From: Mobula hypostoma
Taxonomy: Eukaryota
Length of the DNA stretch: 64,000 nucleotides
Assembly (NCBI RefSeq): GCF_963921235.1
Contig: NC_086097.1
Coordinates: forward strand, 204,602,001-204,666,000
Direction of reading: 5' to 3'
A program made the position numbers and the translations under genes. Positions 10,667-22,375 of this stretch are shown piece by piece; within the stretch, counting starts at the first letter, position 1; each line of letters begins with the position of its first letter. The notes beneath the pieces are model-generated. The model saw nothing but the letters and a program-made list of their open reading frames with translations. It did no database searches and had not been told where the DNA came from.

Positions 10667-11817
10667 CAAACACGAGGAATTCTGCAGATGCTGGAAATTC
10701 AAGCAACACACATCAAAGTTGCTGGTGAACGCAGCAGGCCAGGCAGCATCTCTAGGAAGAGGTACAGTCGACGTTTCGGGCCGAGACCCTTCGTCAGGAC
10801 TAACTGAAGGAAGAGCTAGTAAGAGATTTGAAAGTGGGAGGGGGAGAGGGAGGGGGAGATCCAAAATGATAGGAGAAGACAGGAGGGGGAGGGATGGAGC
10901 CAAGAGCTGGACAGGTGATTGGCAAAAGGGATATGAGAGGATCATGGGACAGGAGGCCCAGGGAGAAGGAAAAGGGGGAGGGGAGGAAAAAACCCAGACG
11001 ATGGTCAAGGGGTATAGTCAGAGGAACAGAGGAAGAAAAAGGAGAGAGAGAAAGAATGTGTGTATATAAATAAATAACGGATGTGGTACGAGGGAGAGGT
11101 GGGGCATTAGCGGAAGTTAGAGAAGTCAATGTTCATGCCATCAGGTTGGAGGCTACCCAGACGGAATATAAGGTGTTGTTCCTCCAACCTCAGTGTGGCT
11201 TCCTCTTTACAGTAGAAGAGGCCATCCCTTCCTCCACCATCAACTCTGCTCTCAAACGCATCTCCCCCATTTCATGCACATCTGCTCTCACTCCATTCTC
11301 CTGCCACCCCACTAGGAATAGGGTTCCCCTGGTCCTCACCTACCACCCTACCATCCTCTGGGTCCAAAATATTATTCTCTGTAACTTCCACCACCTCCAA
11401 CGGGATCCCACCACTAAGCACATCTTTCCCTTCCGCCCCCCCCCCCCCCCGCTCTCCGCAGGGATCGCTCCCTACGCGACTCCCTTGTCCATTCGTCCCC
11501 CCCCCATCCCTCCCCACTGATCTCCCTCCTGGCACTTATCCTTGTAAGCGGAACATGCCCTTACACTTCCTCCCTTACCACAATTCAGGGCCCCAGACAG
11601 TCCTTCCAGGTGAGGCGACACTTCACCTGTGAGTCGGCTGGGGTGATATACTGCGTCCGGTGCTCCCGATGTGGCCTTCTATATATTGGCGAGACCCAAT
11701 GCAGACTGGGAGACCGCTTTGCTGAACACCTGCGCTCTGTCCGCCAGAGAAAGCAGGATCTCCCAGTGGCCACACATTTTAATTCCACATCCATTCCCAT
11801 TCTGATATGTCTGTCCA
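10667..11817 (-). mobile_element. Neptune-like Penelope-like element, 5'-inverted (minus segment 10667-11224, plus segment 11225-11817)
   Basis: Plus segment encodes RVPLVLTYHP and the GIY-YIG domain FTCESAGVIYCVRCSRCGLLYIGETQCRLGDRFAEH; minus segment encodes the C-terminus GLFYCKEEATLRLEEQHLIFRLGSLQPDGMNIDFSNF and the terminus. Confidence 0.88.
10765..10802 (-). ncRNA. Minimal type I hammerhead ribozyme motif (PLE-associated), core intact
   Basis: Minus strand UAGUC CUGACGA A GGGU-CUCG-GCCC GAAA CGUC^GACUG: complete catalytic core, stem II, stem I UAGUC/GACUG, and palindromic ACGU in place of helix III. Confidence 0.8.
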
Positions 11818-12440
11818 CAACATATGAGAGCATATATCGTGAAGATGAGAGCAAAGGAGTCACTGTTTACCATTATCTTGTCTAAGCTCCACCCTCCACT
11901 CTCCAGACATGTAGGTAAACAAGAGATTGAGAAAAAGTGATATTGGTTTTAAACTTCACACAAAAGTTTCTGTATTACAGAAAAATAAACTCTATTGCAG
12001 AATAATGATGTGCCAGAATTCAATGATCTAATAAATCAAAGAATGATTGTTGACATCAAATGACCAATACAATGTGCCTGTCTTTGTTGTTACACAGTCT
12101 GCAACAATACTCGTAAGAGACAGGCTTTTTTCATTATCTGTGTTCTAGATAGCTGCTTTTAATATATTGGAAGAAATTTGCAATACAGCTTGCTACGTGG
12201 AGACCTTGGATCACCAAGGGATGCTAAGTGTAGAAGGAGGGAATAAAAAGCAGTGCTATAGTTACAATTGGATTAACCATGATTTTGTCACGGAAGATTG
12301 CAGAGTGAAGTGGTTAGGAAAGAAGGGTATATGTGAAATAGTCTGGGTTCTTCTGAACGACGGAGAAAAAAAAGACAGAAAGGGAGTAAGTTGCATGAAA
12401 CTGGAGGATTCGATGTTCATCCCATCCCATCAGGTTATAG

Positions 12441-13115
12441 ACTACATAGAACATAGAATAGTACAGCACAGTACAGGCCCTTTGGCCCACAATTTTGTGC
12501 CGACCCTCAATCCCTCGATATACCTGTCTAGTAGTCTCTTAAACTTCACTAGTGTTTCTGCCTCCACCACTGACTCAGGCAGTGCATTCCACGCACCAAC
12601 CACTCTCTGAGTAAAAACCTTCCTCTAATATCCCCCTTGAACTTCCCACCCCTTATCTTAAAGCCATGTCCTCTTGTATTGAGCAGTGGTGCCCTAGGGA
12701 AGAGGTGCTGGCTATCCACTCTACCTATTCCTCTTATTATCTTGTACACCTCTATCATGTCTCCTCTCATCCTCCTTCTCTCCAAAGAGTAAAGCCCTCG
12801 CTCCCTTAATCTCTGATCATAATGCATACTCTCTAAACCAGGCAGCATCCTGGTAAATCTCCTCTGTACCCTTTCCAATGCTTCCACATCCTTCCTATAG
12901 TGAGGCGACCAGAACTGGACACAGTACTCCAAGTGTGGCCCAACCAGAGTTTTATAGTCATGCGTCATTACATCGCGACTCTTAAACTCTATCCCTCGAC
13001 TTATGAAAGCTAACGCTCCATAAGCTTTCTTAACTACCCTATCCACCTGTGAGGCAACTTTCAGAGATCTGTGGACATGTACCCCCAGATCCCTCTGCTC
13101 CTCCACACTACCTAG
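12441..13115 (-). mobile_element. CR1 3' fragment, fairly young
   Basis: Open 194-aa frame EQRDLGVHVHRSLK...HLEYCVQFWSPHYRKD...RMRGDMIEVYK; catagaacatagaa tail. Confidence 0.9.
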
Positions 13116-14825
13116 GCAGAATATGAGATTCAAAGGTATCTCATATACCTTTGCTCAAGAGATTAACTGGGCCTCTTCCTGCACCTGTTCCTAATGTTCT
13201 CAACACATCTGCATTTTGTGGCAATGGAAATTTTCTTCCCAAATATTCATAGTGGAATGACCTCCAGCCAGGAGCCCTTCTTCCTTCTCCTCGTGGCTAA
13301 TCTCTCTGTTCACTTTGCCTGATTTGCTGTACTCCAAGGGACAGCCTCATCATACACCAATGTACCCAATTAAGGAAAAGCAAGTAGTAAAGAACCAATA
13401 GCTAACCTGAATGGAATTGATAATCACTTTTAATAATAGCCATTGGATGGAGGTCCTTCATGCGGTTCATACATGTGATGGAAAGAGAGGTCACGAACTG
13501 AATGTCCAACTGGAGTGGAAATTTTACTGTGAGATCCATGCTGTACATTATTTGATGGCACAGTCTCTGTATTTTTCCAGTGGCCATAGCTATTGCACAC
13601 ATTACTTTGAACACAGTGAAGTTATGACTAGAACTGAATGCTGTTTGTGAGCAACCTCCTTCCTTCCAATGAAGGGAACGTCACTGACAAAGCAGCTGAA
13701 AATAATTGATTATTTCAGAGATGGTACAGGAAAAAAGTAACATTAAACATCATGTCATCTTAGAGTTTAAAACACTTAAAGAGGGACTTTTTAAGGTGAT
13801 GTAAGATGCCGAATGTTGTTCCCCATTCCTTTTAGGAAGTAGTTTCATCCTTGTATGATCAATTTAGTGAGTGATTGAGAGACATTGGCGCAAAGCAAGA
13901 GCCATTTGAGAAGAATAAGTTTCATTGAGAGTTAGTTACAATTTGAAGTAGAGAGTGAAAGAGAAACATTATTGCAAGATGAGAGCTATTTGAAAAGAAC
14001 AAGTCTTGTTGGGAGTGAGTTTTATTTGAGCCAACAAAGGTATGGGAGGAGTAAGCGGAGTGGCCATAGTTGGAGTGGGCTAGGGTTAGAGTGGTATGGG
14101 ATGCTATGGCTCAACAGGCTTGGGCAAGCACAGGTGAAAGTTCTGAGTAAGTTCCTAGTTTTTTTTTGTCTATTAGTACTTAGTGCACTGAAAATGGGTC
14201 CAGAGTTGATTGTGTTTTCTCTGTATGAGATGTGGGAACTGTGGGAGATATCCAGTCTCCCTGATAATCACATCTGCATGAAGTTCATACTGCTTTGTAT
14301 ACTGTTGTGGGGTGTTTATGGAATAAGAAAGATGATCATGAAACACAGTTAGAGATTGACAGCTATGACACTGTGGGTATCACTGAGTCAAGGCTGAAAG
14401 AAGGTCATAGTTGGGAGCTTAACATCCAATGATAGGGGGTGGGGTAGCTCTGTCGGTAAAAATGAAATCAAATTCGCAGAAGGAGGTGACATAGGATCAG
14501 AAGGTGCAGAATTCTTGTGGGTAGAGTTAAGAAATTGCAACGCTTATAAGCCCCTGTCAGGAGTTATATACAGGACTCTGAACAGTAGCCAGGATATGGA
14601 ATACAAACTATAAAGGGAGATAGAAAAGGCATGCAAAGAGGGCAAAGTTATGATAGTCATGGGAGATTTCAAAATATAGGTAGTTTGGGAAAATCAGATT
14701 GGTGCTGAATCCCAAGTGAGGGGATTTTGAGATGGCTTTCTAGAGCAACATATGGCTGAGTCCACTAGGGGAAAGGCAATTCTGGATTAGGTGTTGTGTA
14801 ATGAAACAGATTTGATTAGGGAACT

Positions 14826-16253
14826 GAAGAGCTTGTGGAGGTATTAGTAATGATCTTTCAAGAATCACTAGAATGGTTCTGGAAGACTGGAAAATTACAA
14901 ATATCACTCCACTCTTTAAGAAAGGAGGGAGGCGGAAGATAGGAAATTATTGGTCAGATAGCCAACCTCAGGATTTGGGAAGATGTAGCAGTCCATTATT
15001 AAGGATGAGGTCTAGGGGTACTTGAAGGCACATGATAAAGTAGGCCAAATTCAGCATGGTATGCTTGTCAAATCAGTTGGAATTTTTTGAGGCAGAATAG
15101 ATAAAGGAGAGTCAGTCAAAGTTGTTTGCTTGGATTTCCAGAAGAACTTTGACAAGGGACTGCACATGCAGCTGTTTTACAAGATAAAAGCCGGTGGTGA
15201 TTGGGAGGAGGCAAAGTGTGGGAATCAAGGGGGGCATTTCTAGTTGGCTGCCTGTGACAAGTGGTGTACCACAGGGGTTGGCAGTAGGACCACTTCTTTT
15301 CATGTTATTTGCTAACAATTTGAATAATGGAATTGATGGCTTTGTGGTCTAGTTTTCTGATGATAAAAGGTAGGTGACGGGCAGGTGGAGTTGAAGGAGG
15401 AAGTCTACAGAACAACTTTGACAGATTGGAAGAATGGGCAAAGAAGCGCAAAATATATTGTAGGGAAGTGTATGATCATGTACTTTCACAGAAAGAATAT
15501 AAGTATAGACTATTTTCAAAACAGGGAGAAAATTTTAAAAAAATTCAGTGGTGCAAAGTGACTTGCTGTAGGAGTCATTATGCAAGATTACCAAAAAGTT
15601 AACGTGCAGGTTGAGTTGATGGTAATGAAGGCAAATGCAACGTTTGCATTCATTTTCAGAGGAATGGAATATAAGTGCAAGGACGGGTTGATGTGGTTTT
15701 ATAAAGCATTGGTCAGGCCACACTTAGAGCATTGTAAGCTGTCTTGGGCCCCTTATCTAAGAAAAGATGTGCTGACATTGGAGAAGGTCCAGAGGATGTT
15801 CACAGGAATGAAGGAGTTAACATATGAGGCACGTGAATTGACTCTGGGCTTGTACTCGCTGGGGGAGATCTCAGTGAAACCTATTGAATATCTTAAGGCA
15901 TAGACAGAGTGGATTTGGAGATGTTTCCAGTAGTGGGAGAGTCTAGGGCCAGAGGGCACAGCCTCAAAAAGAAGGATGTCCATTTGGAATAGAGGTGAGA
16001 AGGAACTTGTTTAGCCAAAGGGTGCCAATCTGTGCAATTCATTGGCATGAATGGCCATGAAAGTCATGTCATTGAAGTATATTTATAGTTGAGTTCGATA
16101 GGTTCTTGATTAGTCAGGGCATTAAAGATTATGGTGAGAAGGAAGCAGAATGGGTTTGAGACGGATAATAAATTAATCATGATGGAATGGTGGAGCAGAA
16201 ATGATGGGCTGAGAGGCTTAATTCTGCTCCTATCTCTTATAGTCTTATGGTCT
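14826..16253 (+). mobile_element. 5'-truncated degenerate CR1 (nested)
   Basis: RT motifs (LDFQK, GVPQG), VRPHLEHC, 3' UTR and tcttatggtct tail. Confidence 0.75.
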
Positions 16254-16344
16254 CAGGAGCCAGTGATCATAATATGATATAATTCACTCTGCAGTTTCAG
16301 AGAGAGAAGATAAGGTCAGATGATTCTGTATTGCAGTGGTGTAA

Positions 16345-16811
16345 AGGCCGATTCATACTTGTGCGTCAAATGTACGCCGTAGGTACTGCGTACCCCACGC
16401 CGTAGGGTTATGTGCACCTCCCCAAAAATGTAACTCACGTGTCGCAGCAATGCAGACTGCAACAACTGTGATTGGTCCGCTTGGTAGCATTCCATTTCCT
16501 CATATGCATTTACGGTTGTTTTTCTCCGCCATGTCTGTACACTGATGCAAAATAAATGGTTGGAGACAATGAAGCAAATCGTCAAATCTATCTGCCAACA
16601 TCCGAAAATATTTGAAATGCATTTCCTCGTCCATTTCTCTCATGAAGAAACTCAACACAGTGGCATAGAAACCCCACTGCCAACTAGTGTTTTAGCGGTG
16701 AATTGCAGAGCGACGCAGACACAACTATGCATGCTCGCTACGGTGTAGGGCTACGCAAAAGGACAAATCAGACCTACAGTATAGCCCGTACACACAAGTA
16801 TAAATCAGCCT
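16345..16811 (-). mobile_element. PIF/Harbinger non-autonomous transposon, 467 bp
   Basis: TIRs AGGCCGATTCATACTTGTG / CACAAGTATAAATCAGCCT; 3-bp TSD TAA; removal restores CR1 codons VLQWCKGNYRG; homologous to 53922-54666. Confidence 0.9.
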
Positions 16812-16894
16812 TAAAGGGAATTACAGAGGCATAAGAGAGGAGCTGACTAAAGTTGATTGGAAGGGGACACTAGCAGGGATGGCAGCAGAACAGC

Positions 16895-18368
16895 GACAGG
16901 AGAGATACCAGAGGACTGGAGGATAGCCAATGTTATTCTGCTGTTTAAGTAAGTGTCTAAACAGAAACCGGGAAATTATAGGCTGGTGAGTCTGCCATCA
17001 GTTATGGGAAAGTTATTGGAAGTCATTCTAAGGGACTGGATATAAAAATACGTGGATAGACATGGGGGCTGATTAAGGATAGTCAACGTGGCTTTGTTTA
17101 TGGTAGATCATCTCTAACCAATGTTATAGAGTTTTTCAAGGAAGTTACCAGGAAAAAGGACAAAGGCAAAGCAGTGGATGTTATCTACGTGGGCTGTAAT
17201 CAGGCATTTGACAAGGTCCCACATGGGAGGCTGGTCAAGAAGGTTCAGTCGCTCAGCATTCAGGCTGGGGTAGTAAATCAGATTAGACATTGCCTTTGGT
17301 GGAGAGGCTAGAGAATGGTTGCCTCTGAAGCTTGCCTCTGTGACTGGAGGCTTGTGAATAGTGGTGTGCCACAGGGAAATGTGCAGGGGCTTTGTTGTTT
17401 GTCATCTATATCAACGATCTGGATGATAACATGATTAGTTGGATCAGCAAATTTGAGGATGACACCAAGATTGTGGATGTAGTGAATAGTGGGGAAGCCT
17501 ATCATGGCTTGCTGAAGGATTTGCATCAGCCGGAAAAATGGGCTGGAAAATGGCAGATGGAATTTTGTATGCGTTGCTTGTATTTTCAGAAACTGCAGAT
17601 TTAATGAAGACAATTGCTAGGGTTTGAACTTTGGTAGGACCAACAAAAGTAGGTCTTACACAATGAATGTCAGACCACTGAGGTGTGTGGTAGAGCAAAG
17701 GAATCGGGGAATACAGGTCCATAATTCAATGGAAGTGGTGTCATAGGTAGATAGGGTCATTAAGAAAGCTTTTGGCCCATTGGCCTTCATAACTCAAAGT
17801 ATTGTGTTATAGGATGTTTATGTTGAAGTTATATAAGACATTGGTGAGGCCTAATTTGGAGCACTGTGTGCAGTTTTGGTCACCTACCTACAGGAAAGGT
17901 GTAAACAAGGTTGAAAGAGGGTAGAGAAAACTTACAAGGATGTTGCAGGTTCCTGGGTTATAAGGAAAGATTGAATAGGTTAGGACTGTGTTAGGAGATG
18001 TGATTGAGGTATACAAAATTATGAGGGGTATAGATAGGGGAAATGCAAGCAGGCTTTTTCCACTGAGGTTGGGGGGTGACTACAAGCAGGGGTCATGATG
18101 TAAGGAGAGAAAACCAAGAAGTTTAAGAGAAAATTAGGGAAAACGTCTTCAGAGGGTCATGAGAGTGTAGAATAAGCTGCCAGCACAAGTGGTGCATGTG
18201 AGCTTGATTTCAACGTTTAAGAGAAGGCTGGATAGGTACATGGATAGTAGGGATATGGAGGGCTGTGGTCCATATGCAGGTCAATGGGAGTGGGTAGTTT
18301 AAATGGTTTCAGCATGCACTAGATGGGCCAAAGGGCCTGCTCTGTACTGTACTTCTCTATGAGTCTAC
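16895..18368 (+). mobile_element. 5'-truncated CR1 (nested, second CR1 subfamily)
   Basis: PEDWRIANV, NYRLVSL, KFEDDTK motifs; 3' tail ctgtacttctctatg; possible TSD AACAGC at 16889-16894 and 18369-18374. Confidence 0.8.
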
Positions 18369-20799
18369 AACAGCAATGGCTGGTGTTTCTGGGGGAAGTT
18401 TGGAAGGTGTTGGAAAGATAAATTCCAAAGATGAAGAAGTATTCTAAATGGAGGATGAGGCAACTGTCACTGACAAGCACGCATGCAAAAAAAAGGGGGC
18501 ATATCATATAGCAACAATTAATGGGAAGTTAGAGAATTGGGAAGCTTTTAAAAACCAACAGAAGACAACAAAAAAGCCATAAGGAGGGAAAAAATGAAAT
18601 ATGAAGAACAGTGAGCCAATAATATAAAAGAGGTTACCAAAAGTTTTTTTCACTTATATAAAGAGCAAGATTAAGGTGAGAGTGGATATTAGACCACTGG
18701 AAAATTACACTGGTGAGTTAGTAATGTGGGACTAAGTAATGGCAGACAAACATCGTAAGTATTTTGTGTCAGTCTTCCCTGCGGAAGACACTAGCAGTAT
18801 GCCAGAAATTCAAGAGTGTCAGGAGGTAGAAGTGAGTGTAGTTGCAATTACTAAGGAGAAAGTGCCTGGATCTGATGGACTACACCCCAAGATTCTGAAA
18901 GAGATAGCTGAAGAGATTGCAGAGGCATTAGTAACGATCTTTCAAGAATCACTAGATTTGGGAGTGGTTCTGGAGGACTGGAAAATCACTCCACTCTTTA
19001 AGAAGGAAGGGAAGCGGAAGAAAGGAAATTATAGGTCAGTTAGCTTGACTTCAGTGGTTGAGAAGATGTTGGAGTCTATTACTAAGGATGAGATTTTGGG
19101 ATACTTGGAGGCGCATGATAAAGAAGGCCAAATTCAGCATGGTTTCCTGAAATGGGGAATCTTGCCTGACAATTCAGTTCGATTTTATTTTGAAAAAATA
19201 ACAGGCAGGGTAGACAAAGGAGAGTCAGTGTATGTTCTTTACCTGGATTTTCAGAAGGTCTTTGACAAGATGCTGCCCATGAGGCTGGTTAAAAAGATAA
19301 GAGGCCATGGTATTACAAGTAAGATAGCATGAATAGAAGATTGGCTGATTGACAGGAGGCAAAGAGTGGGAATTAAGGGAGCCTTTCCTGTTTGGCTGCC
19401 GGTGATTAGTGGTTTTCCACGGGGCTCAGTGTTTGGATCACTTCTTTTCATGTTATATGTCAATAATTTGGATGAAAGAATTGACGGCTTTGAGCCAAGT
19501 TTGCCCATGATATGATGATAGGAGGAGTGACAGGCAGGATTGAGGAAGCAGGCAGTCTTCGGATGCACTGAGACCAATTAGGAGAATGGGCAAGAAGTGG
19601 CAGATGTAATACAGTGTAGCGAAATGCATGGTCATGCAGTTTGGCAGAAGAAATAAAGGCATGGAATATTACCTAAATGGGGAGAACATTAAAAATCTGA
19701 GGTGTAAAGGAACTTGGGAGTCCTTGTGCAGGATTCCCTATAGGTTAACTTGTAGGTTGAGTTCGTGGTAAGGAAGGTAAATGGAATGTAAGCATTCATT
19801 TCGAGAAGACTAGAAAATAAGAACAACGATGTAATATTGAGGCTTTATAAGGCATTGTTCAGACCATTCTTGGACTATTGTGAGCGGTTTTCTAAGAAAA
19901 GATGTGCTGTCGTTGGAGATGGCTCAGAGGAGGTTCACAGAATGATTCCAGGAATGAAAGTGTGAACATATGAGGAGCATTTGTTGGCTCTGGGCCTGTA
20001 CGCACTGAAGTTTAGAAGAATAGGGGTAAGATCTCATTGAAACCAATTGGATATTGAAAGGCCTAGATAGAGTGGACGTGGAGAGGAGTTTACTATAGTT
20101 GGCAAGTCTAGGACTAGAAAGCACAGCCTGAAAATAGAGGGACGTTCATTTAGAACAGAGGTAAGGAAGAATTCATTTAGCCAGAGGGTAGTGAATCTAT
20201 GGAACACTGAAGGCTGTGAAGGCTAAGTCATTGAGTATATTTAAGATGAACGTTAGGTTCCTGATTAGTCTTTATGTCAAAGATTACAGGGAAAAGGCAG
20301 GAGAATGGAATTGAGAGGAATTATGATAGAATGGAGAAGCAGACTCGATGGGCTGAGTGTCCTAATTTCACTCCTATGTCTTATGATCTTATGGTCTAAT
20401 AATCATTTCATTCTGATTTAGGAAATGACCTTCGAGAGCTATACTAACGGAAGACAGAAAATGTAATTTATTATTTATGTGACTTTCCTCCCAAATGAAA
20501 CTTTATCAACTTTATTTTGTTCTAACTTGATCCAAAGAACCTAAATGCGTATCTCCCCTTCAGGTCCATTTATGCTTGATTGCAATATCCTTCCAAGTAC
20601 TTTGCTTTCCAGCGTGGATGCTGATTTCAAAAATAATTTTCGGATTTGCAAGTGAAAATTGCAGAGTACTTGCGTTCCTTGTTCTCTTCCCCAACATCCC
20701 CCCCTGCCCCGTCCCCTCCCTTTCAAAACAATTGACATGGGCAGTCAAAATCAGATTTATTACCTCTGACATATGGCATTGTTCTGCAGCTGCAGTACA

Positions 20800-21030
20800 C
20801 AGCAAAGATATAAATATTATTATAAGTTACAAATATAAATATTGCAGAAAAGGTATAATGGGTTAGTATTCTTGGGTTCATGGACCATTAAGAAATCTAA
20901 TGGTAGAGGTGAGGAAGCTGTTTCTGAATTCTTGAATGTCAGTCTTCAGTCTCCTGTACCTCCTTCCTGATGGTAGTAACAAGACGACATGTTCCAGATG
21001 GTTGAGGGTCCTTTGTGATGGATGACACAA
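20800..21030 (-). mobile_element. Rex1/Babar-like LINE 3' remnant
   Basis: Similar to 28220-28390 (ggaagctgtt..tgaat..cttcag..ctgtacctcc). Confidence 0.6.
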
Positions 21031-21819
21031 CAAGGACCTGAAGGGTATTATCTCTCATAAATCATTTAATAATCTCCGTCTTCCCAAAACTGCATTAATG
21101 CTGGAATAAAACGACTTTGGTATAGATTTTATTTCCACTGCTTGTGATTCTGTTCACTAGCTGACTTTCAGTCAGCTTCTTTTCTATATCAAAGCACGAT
21201 GTTCTTTCAAAGAATCAATATAATTCTTCCTGGAAGGGTTACATGGAGAAGAATGCCTAAAGCAATTGTACTTTTTGTGTCATGTATCATACCTCATTAG
21301 CTTCTATCAGATCTCATGTAGTCCATGGCTATATAACAACCTCAGCCAACAAATTCTCATGGTCATATAATTTATTGTTAGTGTTAACCTCTACTTAGTA
21401 ATTCTTGTTCTTTCCTGGCATATTAAACAACTGAGTTTTCCCTTTCTTAATTTTAGTAAATGTGCACATATTTTTCCTGCATTCATCATGTTTCTTTGTC
21501 ACTTATTATCTTTCCCAGGAAGACAATTAGTCTTAATTTTTCTCAGCCTTCAGATGAAACTTCCACTATCAAAAAGTTGAATTTTCCCTTTTGAATATAA
21601 TTTTCTTATTTTTCAGTGCCTAAGGACACCAGCCACATAACATTCTCACAAACATAACACGTGTAATTGGATGCTAGTCACCATGTTTCAGATTTTGAAT
21701 ATTTTACATAAATATTTTCATAGTGGAAGAAATTTACTCAGCTCTCATAATCCTGATGCCGTTGAGTAGTTGGGTTATATGAGTTCACATTCTCAGCATG
21801 TCTGATGTAGCTGAGAACA

Positions 21820-22375
21820 AATTAAATGAAAACAGAAAATGTTGGGAGTACTTAAGGGGGTCAGGTCACATCTATGAAGAGGGAAAACAAGTTCACATTT
21901 CAGATTAATCAGCCTGCACCAGAACTGGAAAAGATTTTTGGAAGGGTCATGGACATGAAAATCTGCAGATGCTGGAAATCCAAGCAACACACACAAAATT
22001 CTGGAGGAACACAGCGGGCCAGGCAGCATCTAAGCAAAAGACTAAACAGTTGACATTTCAGACTGAGATCCTTCATCAGGACTGGATAAGAAGATGAGAG
22101 GTTAGTGCCAAAAGTTGAGGGGAAGGGAGAAAGAAGTACAAGGTGGTAGGTGATAGGTGAAACAGAGAGAGCGGAAAAGCTGAAGTAAGGAGCTGAGAAG
22201 TTGCTTTCTCGAACTTCCAGGTACTGCCCCCTTAACCTTTAGCAATCCCAATCCTGTTTCCCTCCTTCACCTTAATTCCTTACCTGCCCATCACCTCCTT
22301 CTGGTATTCCTCCACCCCTCTCCTTTCAGATTCCCCCTTCTCTGGCCCTTCATCCCTTTCACCTATCAACTCCAT
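21820..22375 (-). mobile_element. Two Neptune-like PLE terminal fragments; the second has a hammerhead motif (22047-22084) and an inverted segment from ~22205
   Basis: tctgcagatgctggaaatccaagcaacac...; minus strand reads CAGUC CUGAUGA A GGAU-CUCA-GUCU GAAA UGUC AACUG. Confidence 0.7.

Larger units (their letters stand above)
13960..20398 (+). mobile_element. Near full-length degenerate CR1 host carrying three nested insertions
   Basis: ORF1 remnant (~14200-14290); endonuclease (VGITES, MGDF, LDxVLCN) to ~14825; resumes at GASDHNMI (16254); resumes again at 18369 and runs through RT to a tatggtct tail. Confidence 0.75.

Noticed and set aside
13402..13700. Minus-strand ORF bounded by apparent splice sites
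   Set aside because: All three frames from the candidate acceptor hit stops, and the translation resembles no protein I know.
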